NCBI GenBank assembly: GCA_951406725.2
Contig: OX597814.1
Location: forward strand, 174,902,001 to 174,966,000
Length of the DNA: 64,000 bases
Direction: 5' to 3'
From: Octopus vulgaris
Lineage: Eukaryota
Below, piece by piece: positions 23,896 to 36,609 of this stretch. The stretch's first letter is position 1, and every line of letters starts with the position of its first letter. Position numbers and translations under genes: made by a program. Under the pieces are notes generated by a model. The model did not search any database, was not told the DNA's origin, and saw nothing but the letters and a program-made list of their open reading frames with translations.

Positions 23896-24543
23896 GGGAC
23901 GGACCTTTAGTGCATGTTTTCCTCTCAGACTTTCAGGCAGCCTATTCCAGTGTTTGGTTATTGTTAGCATCTATGGTATGCACAAGCTAGGCTAAGATAT
24001 TTTCTCATTTTTTTTATCGCTTCATTCATTCATACATCTAACCCGCATTATTGCTAATATGTACTTTTGTAGACTAATTATTTCATTTGACTCTTCAATA
24101 TAACTTCCAAATCGTAATTTCTCTCTGCCTTAGTTTTTATCCTTAATTTTTCATATAACTTCCAAATTGAAATTTCTCTAAAGCCTTAGTTTTCTTTTTT
24201 CTCCCTGTGTTTTCATGTTGGCTAAATATTTTCATACTATCTCTAAAATAATCTTTCCTAGTTCATGATGTGCCCACCTCTTCCTGCCCCCACTACCAAT
24301 ATGGGGAATCTTGCTTCTCTCATTGGAAATCCCCTCCTGTACTGGTGGTCTCTTCTATCATACCTGCAATCTCACTCCCCTCTCTTTTCTCTCTCTATCT
24401 ATCTATCCCGGGACTAATCCAACACAATAGCAGCCCACTTACTTAATCTAACATAACAAATCTAGAGGCAACATGCTTAGCATTTTTTAAAATAAAAAAT
24501 GTATTTAAAAGCAATCAAAATAATATTTTTTTAAAAAAATAAC

Positions 24544-24694
24544 CTTTATCATTGAAGTCTTCTAAACGTATAACCCCAACAATATAAATTAGTTGTTCTT
24601 GGCTCCAGATGCGGCCAACTAAATAGCCATCCTTATGATAAGGCAAGCTGTGAGGTATAAAAACTTTCCATGTACAATCCATTGCATCAGACAT
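24544..24694 (-). CDS. PIGQ: PIGQ coding exon 1 (ATG at 24694; exon acceptor at 24741)
   Basis: MSDAMDCTWKVFIPHSLPYHKDGYLVGRIWSQEQLIYIVGVIRLEDFNDK resembles the PIGQ N-terminus (KAFFP...GLLVGRW); G|GTtatt donor; whole model 1695 nt = 564 aa + stop. Confidence 0.85.
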
Positions 24695-24916
24695 TGAAGA
24701 TCAATACATTCCAAACTTTGCAGCTGATCGCATTTATTTTCCTATAAGAAGAGAAATAAAAATAGCTTTAATATAAGATTAGAAATAGAAAATGAAAAGG
24801 AAAGAGAAACATACAGATAAATTAAAGTGGTTGGTGAGAGCTTGTAAGTGAAAGGAAAAAGTAGTTCTATGGTTTTATGAGAGGAGGAAGGACAATACCC
24901 AAGGCTTTTGGAAGGG

Positions 24917-25187
24917 TCATCAAAACTCATGTCTGGTAATTCCATCATCATCAATTCACTGCAGGGTAAGTTCACCATCATTAATACACCACAGGGGAAG
25001 TTCACTGTTTTTGTTTTGGGTTTCTTTTTTCAATAAAATAGTTTTTAACTATTAGCTGTGAGATACTATAAATCTATTTTCTTGGCAAACTTTCCCCACG
25101 GTGAACTTTCATTGTGGTGATTTGATGGTGGTAAACTTTCCCTGTGGTGAATTGATAGCCATGAACTTACTTGTAATCATCAAAACT
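24917..25187. mobile_element. Foldback MITE with ~30-bp internal subrepeats and an 11-bp flanking direct repeat
   Basis: TCATCAAAACT at 24917-24927 and 25177-25187; subrepeats CACCACAGGGGAAGTTCAC inverted vs GTGAACTTTC...GTGGTG. Confidence 0.55.
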
Positions 25188-25715
25188 AGTGAAGAAGAAA
25201 CAATTTATGGGTTTGTAGATTAGGAAGTAATGTATCAGTTATCTTCAGACAGGAAAGCTGGTGAGAATACTTAGAACAGAAGGGGATTAACTAAAAAGAA
25301 CCCGGGTTATGATGCTAAACCAAACATTGTCTCCTATCTAAAAACAGATACAGTGTATCTGATGAGCTTCTGTATATATAATTTCACTCATAACATTCAA
25401 GTCAACCTATGTTTATGGTAAAAGACACTTACCCGAAATGGCATTCAGTAAGATTGTGTGCAGAACTATGTAAATTGCAAAAAAATACATCATATGTTGT
25501 TTGAGGAGAAAAAAATGTTAATGTAGTAGTAGTAGATGACAGCTTGCAAGTTTAGAGAAGCAAGAACTATTATGGCATCAACAGAAGAGACAAGGGTAGC
25601 ATACATCATGCTGGTATGGTGTTTGTTAGTGAACAAAAGCTTGCCAATCTATCATGAAATAATTATTCTCATTTATTATTAGTAATTTACAGCTGAAAAT
25701 GTAACAAACGTATTT

Positions 25716-25935
25716 TAATCCTTTAGTGCTTAAACAGGTCATATCAGGCCCAAATATTCTACCTGCTTTATGTTCAAACTGACCAGATTCGGTTTCTCAA
25801 ACTAACCCTACAATATCATTCTAAAACTTAATAGTTACTTCATAAAAATCTCAAAGTAACAGGATAATGCAAGATTAATTCAAAACATATGAATAAATTA
25901 GCATTACTTTTGACAGAATAATGTGAACGCTAACC
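25716..25935. mobile_element. piggyBac-like MITE copy
   Basis: Aligns with 960-979/1433-1620 and, inverted, with 47186-47412. Confidence 0.6.
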
Positions 25936-26149
25936 TTTCTACAAGACAAAAAGGGAACCTACATGCAGTCACTCAATCTGTTCAAAAAGAGCTCCCAAAT
26001 CTCCTCTAAATCACACCTTAACCATAAAAATATGAGGAGGTGCTGTAAAGCACCTGGCTTTAAGAGTATCGTGAAAAGCCTGGTTGGATGCCCAATCTTC
26101 CAAGTTCTTTTACAGGGCTTAGAAAAACTGAAGGACTGCTGCAATAAGA

Positions 26150-26366
26150 GCGTTTAACGTCCGCTTTCCATGCTAGCATGGGTTGGACGATTTTGACTGA
26201 GGGCTGGTGAACCAGATAGCTGCACCAGGCTCCAATCTTGATCTGGCAGAGTTTCTACAGCTGGATGCCCTTCCTAACGCCAACCACTCTGAGAGTGTAG
26301 TGGGTGCTTTTTATGTGCCACCGGCGCGGGGGCCAGTTAGGTGGTACTGGCAACGACCTCGCTCGA
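26150..26366 (-). mobile_element. Repeat family B copy
   Basis: CGTTTAACGTCCGCTTTCCATGCTAGCATGGGTTGGACG. Confidence 0.8.
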
Positions 26367-27865
26367 ATCATGATCCTCTTGTGCTTTCTCTTACCTAAAG
26401 CCAGGAACTTTTCAGCACCCCCTTGTACATATAAAAAAAAATTAACTAGCATACATTAGAGAGCATTGCACTAGATATATTATGTTTGAAAAACAATATA
26501 TAAATAAAGATGGAACTGTCACAATTGAAACACCTGTTCAATATTACAGCCATAGGTAAGAAACAACTATTCTAACAATATATCGCTTAGCAGGAAAATC
26601 AATAGCTATTGTTATCAACTGTGATACTGAATGCATGTTATTTCTTGAACGTACATTATTTTTTTTATTTTTAAATTCTATGTGCTCTTTCCAGTCTGAA
26701 CAAAAATTTACTATAAATTTGAAGAGACCAACTGCTGTGTTAATAGACATTTTGTCACTTTTTAAACAAAAAACATTTATGTATAAACAACCTGTTAACT
26801 CTTTACTGCCAATCTAATATACAATGGATATTTGACAAATCATTAGAAAGAAACTTGCTGTACTATGGAAATGCTGAACATTCTTAAAATCCAAAAGTCC
26901 TCCAAGTGTCAGCTTCTGCAAATTTGGAATATTTTGCTATGGTTATTGGCTCAGCAGATTCTACTTGAAAAGGTTTAGAAGATGTTAGTAGACATAATTC
27001 AATGACAAAACACCAAAAGACAAATAACTAGGCTGCACTATGATTAGGAATTGGAAAACCTTTCATTTGATGTCCAGTGTGAAAGGTGATGTTTCTAAAA
27101 CAATTGCAATTCAGCAGATTTAGAGTCTTCACCCTGCAGATATTAACCACAATCAAAAGAATGACTACCCTCCTCCCAACAATGCTCAGAAAATTTCAAA
27201 AAAACATTAGATGGCTCAAGTTATTAGAGATTCAATCCAGAGTTTTATAACATCCACGTGTAAAATACAGCACATCAGAAACTAAAATATATTCACTGTC
27301 AACATTTTCCAGATCAATAAAAAAAAAGAACCAGGTGTTCACCAAAGCAGGCTTTCTCAGTTGGAAGTATGCAACATGGCAAAAGGATGCTTTGATTACC
27401 CAACAGAGGTTCCATTTCCATATTACAGTTGCTTCTGTACAGGACTTGCAAAAACTTTGGAATAGAATACACTTAAAAAGGCTCATACAAAGCATTGTAA
27501 AAATAAAATACTACCTATCCCTTAACAACACAGCAGGGTCCCCCCCACCTCCAAAAAGGATGACACAAACATGATTGGTAAAGGCAAGACAATGTGCAAG
27601 AAAGAATGGGTCTGACACTGACACAAAATCCTATCATCAAGCAAAGGAATGTAGAGAGGCCCTGAAATACAAATATTATTTCATGATATTCAGAAAGAGT
27701 TTCCTTTTATCACAGCATCAGTAATCAAAGATAAAATACTCTTTGCCTAAGTATGGTTCTTTTGCATTAACTGTAGATGAAACAGATTTCACTTGTTCTA
27801 TGCTATTTTTGACAATGTCCTATCTGAAGAATTTGTTGGTTATTAAGCAGCTTCTGAACTTGACA

Positions 27866-29338
27866 CTCAATTGCTTCTGCAGGACAAAATGTTGGTGCTG
27901 AACATTAGTAGTGTTAGCATCCAGTTATGTGTTACCACTGGAGAATATCTAAGATCCTCCTTGACAGCTGAATGGCAGCCCAGAAGAACAATGGGTAGAT
28001 ATTCACTCCACTGATGTTGGTCAAGGTAAGCATGCATTGTAGCCTTCAATTGGCAGTGGAAGCATTCCATCAAACCATGTGAAGCTGGATGGTAACTAGT
28101 AGTCCGAATGTGCCGCACACCTAGAATTTTCAAAAGCTCATGGAGGAGCTAGGGTTTGAACTGCATACCATAGTTAGTGATGATCATGGTAGGAACGCCA
28201 TAACGCAATATCCAACCCAATACCAGGGCTCGCGCTACCGATTCTGCTGTAATATCACACAAAGGGATGGCTTCTGGCCAACATGTAAAACGGTCAATGC
28301 ACATAAGGAGATACATAAAACATTGACTAACTGGATCGGGTCCTACTAGATTGAAATGGATGTGGGTCAAATAAACGTTCAGGGTGTTGAACGTACCAAG
28401 AAGTGCATGAATGTGCTTATGCACTTTAACTTTCTGGCAGAAAAGACAAGAACATGACCAAGCAGTGATATCTCATCTCATATTCAGCCAAAAGAATCTA
28501 GCTGAAATGAGTTTCACTGTGGCTGAAGTTCCAGGATGCGAGGAACAAGAGGACATGGTGTATCTGTCGAGATGTCACATAATATTTGTGCATAGGCAGG
28601 TACTTGAATTTACAAGTCACAAATTCAGGTGAAGCAAGATTGATCGACTCTCAGGGAGGATGATCTGCAAAAAGAAGATGGAGGTCGATATCTAAAAGTG
28701 ATGACAAAGAATATCATTGGTAAACTGTGAAACAAAATCTAGGTGATGAGTTTCGCAAGGCGAATATCTGTTGGGCTTCAAACGAAATGCAAAAGTAAGC
28801 GATGATTGGTATAGGTCATAAATTGGCAACCTTCAAGTGAGTGTTGAAAGTGTCTAATTGCCACATACACAACCAAAAGTTCACAGTCAAATATGCTATA
28901 GCAGGTTTCAGTAGGCTTAAGCTGCCACGAGAAGAGAGTAAGGAATTGTACTAGCTACTGGTGATGTTGCTGCAAAACTGCACCAACAGCTGTGTTTGAT
29001 GCATCTATGACCAGCAAAAGCTGGGCATCAGACTCAGGATATGTGAGAAGAGAAGTGCTAGTCAGCACCTGTTTAACTTTGGTAAATGCCTCAAGATGAA
29101 TTGGGTCAAGAGAAATAGGCTAGTCCTTTTTTTCTATTCCATAAGAGATCAGACAGAGGAGACAGTAGGTTTGCACAATGTGGAATAAAATGGCAATAAT
29201 AATTAAGAAGACCAAGGAACTGAGAAAGTTGTTGCAAAAAAGTAGGTGGAGGAATATCCTGAAGAGCTTTCACTTTATCTGGAAGTGGTGCTATTCCATC
29301 AATGTTGATGATGTGGCCCCAAAAAATAAGATGCACCA
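27866..29338 (-). mobile_element. Ty3/Gypsy LTR retrotransposon pol remnant (RT end, RNase H, integrase), frameshifted
   Basis: FWGHIINIDGIAPLPDKVKAL...FLGLLNYY; HFNLVGP...YLLMCIDRFTCWPEAIPL...YGVP; HIRTTSYHPASHGLMECFH; domain order RT-RH-IN is Gypsy-type; no LTRs seen. Confidence 0.9.
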
Positions 29339-29339
29339 A

Positions 29340-30030
29340 AATCTAGGGATAGATGAGTGGTTGGTGAGAGCTGTACAAGCCATGGACAGGGATGCTGTCA
29401 GTAAGGTGAGGGTTGGCAACGAATATAGCAAAGAATTCCGGGTAGAAGTAGGGGTTCACCAAGAATCAGTCCTCACTCCGCCTCTTGTTTATCATAGTCC
29501 TCCAGGCAATAACAGAGGAATTCAAGACAGGTTGCCCCTGGGAACCCCTCTATGCTGATGACCTTGCTCTAATAGCTGAATCACTACTAGAACTAGAGAA
29601 ATTTCAGGTGTGGAAGCAAGGTCTAGAATCGAAGGGCATTAAAGTTAACCTAACAAAAACCAAAGTCTTAGTAAGTAGGAAGGTAGATAAATCAGAAATT
29701 CCTTCGGGTTGATGGACCTGCTAGATTTGTAGAAAAGGTGTAGGTAGAAACTCCATAAGATGTACCCAGTGTAAGTTATGGACACTTAAGAGGTGCAGCA
29801 ATATCAAAGGAATGTTAACTGGGAAGGTAGTTTTTGTGTGTGGAAGGTGCACTGGTGCAATAAACACCGAAGATGTACAGAAAATAGATTCCATCACATC
29901 TGTTGACTAGGTGACCAAGTCAGTTGTGGGGGCGGATGCTCTGAGGGCGTAGCTGCTAGAATAACAATAGACTGGGCAAAATTCTGGAGCTCCTACCTCT
30001 GTTGGTAACAAAGGACCTCTCGCTCAGAGT
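29340..30030 (+). mobile_element. RTE-clade LINE ORF2 fragment (RT with YADD plus Cys-rich finger)
   Basis: VGVHQESVL, LFIIVLQAI, LYADDLALI, GIKVNLTKTKVL; stops and frameshifts present. Confidence 0.9.
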
Positions 30031-30868
30031 GGCTACACTAACCAAATCCCGCACAGATGGATAACAGTTTTGCCAAAGGGAAATAGTGCTCTTACAATAT
30101 AAATAAATTATACACACACACACAAACACACATATATTGTACAAACAAATTATTTGTAACTATTCACAATAGTATATTAAATCATTAGGGTGATCATGAG
30201 TTTGTTTTAGACATCACGACTAAGGTCAGGGTAGATTAATAGGCATTCCTTTCGATGTTCTAAAATAGCTCAAATTTCATCTGCAGAGAAGGTGATGGTT
30301 TCAGTTATTTGGGGGTGCAAAAGGCATTGGTGTTTGTTGACAATCTTCAAAAAGGCCATAGAATTCTTTTCATATTTTAAAATAGCTCAAAATTTCCCGC
30401 TGCAAGTGAGAAATTTAATTAGATAAGAATACATTTGTGAAACTATAGCTTATAAGTATTACATGGTGGAGGAACTGTTTACACATTTGTTATTTCTAAA
30501 CTCGAGAAGATATATAACATGCGGTTATGAACTAACGATAGTGATAAATATAAATAAATAAATACAATATTAGAAAATAGGTATTAACTGAACTCAAAGT
30601 TCAGGTAAATAAAATATACAAGTTTAACACCAGAAAAGTTAGAGATATATAAGCGGTGTAGAAAATAAAGCCAGTAGAAAACACATAAGAATACAGTTTC
30701 AACCAAAATTTGCCTTATTCGACCATTCTTAGGGCTATACATAGAATGTAAACGAAATTTATACTTACGGTATATGTTTAAATACATTTACTTTTGCTTG
30801 AATGTATTCGAGTATCGATAAACAGTTGCTAGATTAACAAAAAAGTAAGACAGAATGTGACAACTCAC

Positions 30869-31250
30869 CGCTTTAAAGAATTTTAAAGAATCTTGTAAGA
30901 GTTATCTCTCTTAGATTTCTGACTATAATTTAGATTTTAATTTTACTGTAACGTTATGTATCAGTTGCAACTTGGCCTTACCTAGCTTCAATTGAATTTA
31001 AGAAGGATAGCAGATCGATGACTAGCGAAGTGCAAAGGGAAGAAACGGAATAGGATCTTTTCCTTTTGAACGGCAGTATACGAAGTTTAAAAGTGTTTAG
31101 TTAACTAGAAATTAAGAGGTCCCTATCGTCGAATTTGCAATAGGGAATTAACCAGTTATTTTTAAGTTGTGGATTCTATTTGTCATGTCGTCTGCAGACG
31201 GTTTTTATTAAGAGATATAATAGGAATGAAAAAATGGCTTTATAGCGGTT
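30869..31250 (-). promoter_or_regulatory. Candidate non-coding first exon and promoter region of PIGQ
   Basis: Consensus donor CG|GTGAGT at 30868 on the minus strand; PIGQ exon at 24741 has an acceptor and needs an upstream exon; region is non-repetitive and appears relatively CpG-retaining. TSS not determinable. Confidence 0.35.
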
Positions 31251-31480
31251 TTGGCTGCTATTTCTAACATGTAAGGGTTTTGAAACTCTCTTAGTTATAA
31301 CTGTGACTTGTTCATAATTATAAACGTTCCATATATATAAATATACATAGAGAGGTAATGTAACCATCAAAGGGATAGATGTATCCATAGGCACTCCTGA
31401 TATTACCTCAGTATGTATGTCCTTGTTATAAGGTATACGGTAGTAGGTAACTTATAAGGTAAACCGTGGTTTAATAAAAA

Positions 31481-31725
31481 TAAAGACGATAAGAAATTGG
31501 ACAATAAACAATGAGGAGTGGATTGTTGGTGTTATAAAGTCATTTAATTAAGAAGAGATTATGTTTACAGCTGTTTCAGTGTATCAAGCTGGAGTAAATG
31601 CAAATTTACCCCAGTTTGAAATACTGAAACAGCTGTAAACATATTCTCTTCTTAATTAAATGATGACTTTATAACACCAACGATTCACTTCTCACTGTTT
31701 ATTGCTCCATTTCTTATCGCCTTAA
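31481..31725. repeat. Long near-perfect palindrome (~110-bp arms), MITE-like
   Basis: CGATAAGAAAT...TTGGTGTTATAAAGTCATTTAATTAAGAAGAGA..ATGTTTACAGCTGTTTCAGT / ACTGAAACAGCTGTAAACAT..TCTCTTCTTAATTAAATGA..GACTTTATAACACCAA...ATTTCTTATCG. Confidence 0.85.
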
Positions 31726-31739
31726 ATATATACATATAA

Positions 31740-32790
31740 TCTTTGCTCGGTAAGGAATGTACAACTGAACATAAGCTAGTGGTTGGTGACTTCATGCTTA
31801 GGGCCAGAAAGATCTTGAGATGCAAACCAATATGGAAAAGGAGGTTGTGGAAATTCAAGGATCCTTCAAATGGGCAGATATTTAAAGATGTCCTTAATGA
31901 GGCCTTTGATGAGAAGGAGGAAGAGATAGAGATGTAGAGGACAACTGGAAGTTCATACAGGACAACCTACAAAGGGCAACAGACAAAATCTGTGGTTAGA
32001 GCAAAGCCTCTGCCAGATCAAGGGAGGCATGGTGTGGAACAGTGACATTGACAGGGCCATAAAAAGAAGAGACAGGAAAAGAGTGGGTTGCAAAGAATTA
32101 TATCAGAAGGCTTAAAAGTCAGGCTAGATGTTTGGTTTATCTAGCTAGGGTGGAAGCAGAAAAGAATAAGTTAGACAATGTCCTACAGTATGAAGAGCAG
32201 AAACTTGAACTGTTCCAGACTGCTAGACAGTGTGTCAGAGAGAATTGAGATATTGTGAGAGAGAAGTGTGTGCAGATAGATAATGGTATGCTTGCACTTA
32301 GTGATGTGGACAAGAAAGAAGCATGGAAAAGTTATTATGCAAGACTATTGAATGTGGAAAATGAATGGGATAAAAGGAGTTTCCTTCATGTGAACATAAC
32401 AAAGGGACCAGCTATCCTAGTGGACAGCAGTATGGTAGATAAGGCAATTAAAGGCAGGAAAACCGGGAAAGCCCCTAGTCCATCCAGAATCACTGCTGAG
32501 ATGAGATGCTCATCTCGTAAGGTAGGAAACAAGCTAATCACCCGTATAGTTAGTCAGGTCATTCAGGAAGGTGTAATAGCAAGTCACAGGCATAGCAGCA
32601 TTATTGTTAGCTGCTACAGGAGTAAGGGAGATTCTTTCAATAGAAGCATCAAACTCTTGGACCAGGTGATGAAAATTATGAAGAGAGTTATAGCCCAATT
32701 AATTAGGAGCAGAATTAGACTAGACAAAATGCAGTCCAGCTTTGTCTGAGGAGAGAAGCATTACTGATGTTATTTTCATAGTCAGGAGTA
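31740..32790 (+). mobile_element. RTE-clade LINE ORF2 fragment (endonuclease end to RT start); downstream remnant at ~34165-34500
   Basis: ECTTEHKLVVGDF, WKSYYARLLNVENEW, KTGKAPSPSRITAEM, SIKLLDQVMKIMKRVI, QSSFV, ITDVIFIVR. Confidence 0.85.
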
Positions 32791-32799
32791 AATACATAC

Positions 32800-33670
32800 A
32801 TATATATTTTATATTTGACACTGCAGCCCTCTATTACAACAACACTTTAGCAGCCAACAAGTTTACAGACCACATCGCCTTTATCATGGGACCTAACATT
32901 CACAAAAGAAAGTGCCACCGTAAAGTCATTTTCTTTGCCCTACCCTTTTCACTCAACATCAAAACCTGCATCAGAAAGATCTTCCTTATACTTGTGGATA
33001 AGCATTTCATGAAATCTTATAGGTTCAAATGACTACTTGATAGACACATCTTAAGAGTCTCATTCAGCTGTGCACCCAGTGTAAAAAAGATTTTAGTGAC
33101 TGCTCTTAAACTCTGCGCAGTGGCAGGATGCTCATGTAGGGCTAATAGTCAGTGTTCAGTAGGCTCTGGTCTACAAGGCAGAGGTGGTGTCCATCAGTAA
33201 CAGCAGCAATGGTAGCGATAGGAGTAGTAATAACGACAGAAGCACCTGATAACAGAGTCAGCAGCAACAATAACAGCAGCACCAACAACATAAAATAATA
33301 AAATAATTATGAAATTAATTGTATACAGTGCTCAGGTGCGCCACAGTGCTCAGGACACACACACAGGAATATGTTGGAGGAATAGAGGGCTCCTTTAAGC
33401 TACTACTAAATAACCACAGGTCCTTTTTTTAGGATCCCAAAGAGGCATAACATTACGTCTTCGACCAACTACATATAGGGTTTAAAAGAAGAGGATACGC
33501 CATACAAGATTAAATGGAAGTGCCTGGACCATACCTCAATGGGAGCAGATTATGTAAACTTTGTTTGGCTGAGAAGGCAATAATCCTAAAAAATTTGCTT
33601 GCTTCAAGGGCATTCTTAAATTTCAAAATTTAAATGTTTAGTCAGTGCCTGCATGAGAGACATGGATTTC
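32800..33670 (+). mobile_element. Penelope-like element remnant (RT C-terminus and GIY-YIG endonuclease)
   Basis: RKVIFFALPFSLNIKTCIRKIFLILVDKHF (cf. RxIIWFNPPYSxNVKTNIGxxFLxLIDKHF), LVYKAEV, YVGGIEGSFK...NHRSF, LCKLCLAEKAIIL. Confidence 0.75.
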
Positions 33671-33911
33671 TCTGCTTGCTGACCAGTGTACAGAAATCCT
33701 TCATAAACTGACCTTTTTCAGGCATAACTGGAACTGTTCAAAGGGAGATAACCCCATCTCACACGGAGTTTTTGCTTCAAAGAATTTCATTTCAGAGGGG
33801 TTTTTTTTTTCACAATCTTGCTGACCAAAATTGCATTCTTATCTCCATTAGTAAGGAGGTTATGTGCCTCTGGCGAGTAGGTCTGCTGAATTACCTATAT
33901 TGTTAAGAGCA

Positions 33912-34136
33912 AAGGTAATGAGTTGGCAGAAACGTTAGCACACCAGGCGAAATGCTTAGCAGTATTTCATCTGTTGTTACGTTCTGAGTTCAAATTCCAC
34001 CGAGGTCGACTTTGCCTTCATCCTTTCGGGGTCGATTAAATAAGTACCAGTTACCAGTTCAATATAATTGACTTAATCCGTTTGTCCGTCCTTGTTTACC
34101 CCCTCTGTGTGTAGCCCCTTGTGGGCAGTAAAGAAA
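33912..34136 (+). mobile_element. SINE family D, full length with 16-bp target site duplication
   Basis: TSD TATATTGTTAAGAGCA at 33896-33911 and 34137-34152; B-box GAGTTCAAATTCC; central GAGGTCGACTTTGCCTTCATCCTTTCGGGGTCGA. Confidence 0.9.
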
Positions 34137-36609
34137 TATATTGTTAAGAGCATATGTATATATGTATATGCTCTCAAATGCCAGGGAGGATCCCTAAAAG
34201 TAGTAAGTAGCTTCTGTTATCTGCATGAGAACCATCGAGTATAAATGTATTGAGAGAAAAATTGGGCATAAGAAGAACCAGAAATAATGTGCAAGAGAGA
34301 AGACTGTATTCGGTTGAGCATGTGGTACATATAAATGAGGATAGTTGTATAAAGAAGTGTCATCACTTACAGGAAATGGAATCTGTAAAAGAGGAAGACC
34401 CCGTGAGATATGGGATGAAGTAATGAAAACTTATTTTGGACTGTTGAACCTCATGAAAGAAATTAAAAAGGAGTGAAAAAATTGGTTTATACAATTCTTG
34501 GGAAGACCTGTCCAGTTTTATTAGCATGATATGACAAATTCTCAAGGTATAATGTGTATGCACACAACTGGGTTCTTCACTCTATGTCCCTGTTGTGTCT
34601 ACAACTACTCTTTTTCTTCCCTTTCCTTTCACCCCCCAAAAATGGTTCCTCTTTTTTGAGCTACTCTTTATTGAATCCATCCCTTATCTCCCTCATTGTC
34701 CCCAGTCATATTTGCCATCCACCTCTTTTCACATTCACTATATTCATCATCTATGTACACATATGACCACCTTTACTTTATGTTTATATCATCTCTCACT
34801 CTCCTCCCACACCCTTGCAACTGTACCCATCACCCTCCTGACTCTTCTTTATTCACATTCTCTTCAGTTCATCTTCTTCGACATGTTACCTTGAGGGTCT
34901 GTTCTGGCACCTCGTCATCATTATACCTACGTCTCTTTTGGACACCACTCCAGTTACCATCTCAATCCTAGTGACCCATGCAAAGTATAAAGTAGCCATG
35001 AATTTCCTCCACAACAATAAACCTGTTCTTCTTCCATCACACTTTAATCTCTTAACCCCTCACCAATCTTCACAGAATGTCTCTCAAAGATTTTCTATGT
35101 CTACAACCTTGAGAAAAATATTATACAGTAGGGCCAGGAACTCTCACAATAACACTCCCATGCTCTTCCTTTTTTGTGTCTGTATGACAACATGTGCCAT
35201 TACCATTTCAGGTACACTTCTCTCTAATGACATCTCACTTCTCTCTAGAACTCTACTTAGCAATTCAGAACATCTCACACCTCTGCCTCTCATGTGAAAT
35301 CCTCTTTCTCTCTGCATCTTCCTTTGTTATGTATATCTAATGCCTTGTTTCCTTTCTGACCATTTGATATTTTTCTTTTCAGATTACATTCTTCCATTTG
35401 TTCCAAACCTGTCGCTAAGCACTTATGATTCTTTCTATGCTACTATTGCACCACTATGTTACCTTGCATCTGGCTTGTACCTTGCAACAGTCACAAATCT
35501 GGTCTGTAGTCCTCTGGAGGTTGTTTCTCAGAAATTCCTATTTTCTCTATTTCCTCTTTTCTGCTATAAGTATTGATCAAAGGCCAGTCAAGAACTCTTG
35601 GCTTCCTCTATATCTTCCTTCTTTAATTTGTCTTTTTCTCTGAGTCTTCCATATTCTCAAGTCACTAACTACTAATCTGTATAAGTGATACATAGCAAAA
35701 AGACTTTGCATTTACAATTGTCCTTCCGTCTCATTTCATGGTGAGAATAAAATATATCAACTAAGTGTCTGTGCCTGATTAGTAGGTAATCAAGTGGTTG
35801 GTTAGTTTCCTGAACTTGATATCTCAAAACTTCAGAAGTTTTCATCCCTCCACATTATAAATCCAATGTATGTAGCAACACTTGCTGTACATGTCACGCA
35901 ATATGAATATAATAGAACATCAGTAGAGAGTAATTTTTATCCAGATTATGTTATGTATGTTTCAATAGCATGGCTATTTATTTGTTCACAATGTATTATA
36001 CAATATAAGATTATATAACATGAATTACTATTTGAATTACACAACCAAATCATCTCTTTCGAACTGTAGATAGTTCAAATCAATCTGCAAAAACTTCCAT
36101 TTGAATTCTGAGAAATATTTGGAGGAGGTTCAGTGTAATCACACCAGCTGTAGAAGGGGGTTGAATTAAAGGAATGGCCAATCAACCAATCTTCTCACAG
36201 CAGTACCGATGTACATTAAGTATATGTTACTGGTCAAATATTGTTTAGTACTTATCTATAAGTGTTTTATCAATCAGAAATTCTCTCAATGGCTTTATAG
36301 CAATAAATTATAATTCAGCTGATGCAACAATACTGGCAGGGTTTCAGTTAAAGGCAACAGATGATCCCACTGAACGTCAATTGTACTCAAGAAACAAGTA
36401 TAATAGTGATAAAAATAGCAATAAAAACACTAACAACAATAATAACACAGTCACAAATTTTCTGATATTTGTTGATAACAAAGAAAACATTATATATGTG
36501 TACATTATCTGTATATTATCTATATATCTGTATATCCTCACACACTGATATACAGAAAGCCACACACACACACATACATAATACATACATGTATGTATGT
36601 GTATATCTT

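Noticed and set aside
26400-26428. Isolated mariner-like TIR
   Set aside because: Only one short end is visible, with no partner TIR or transposase
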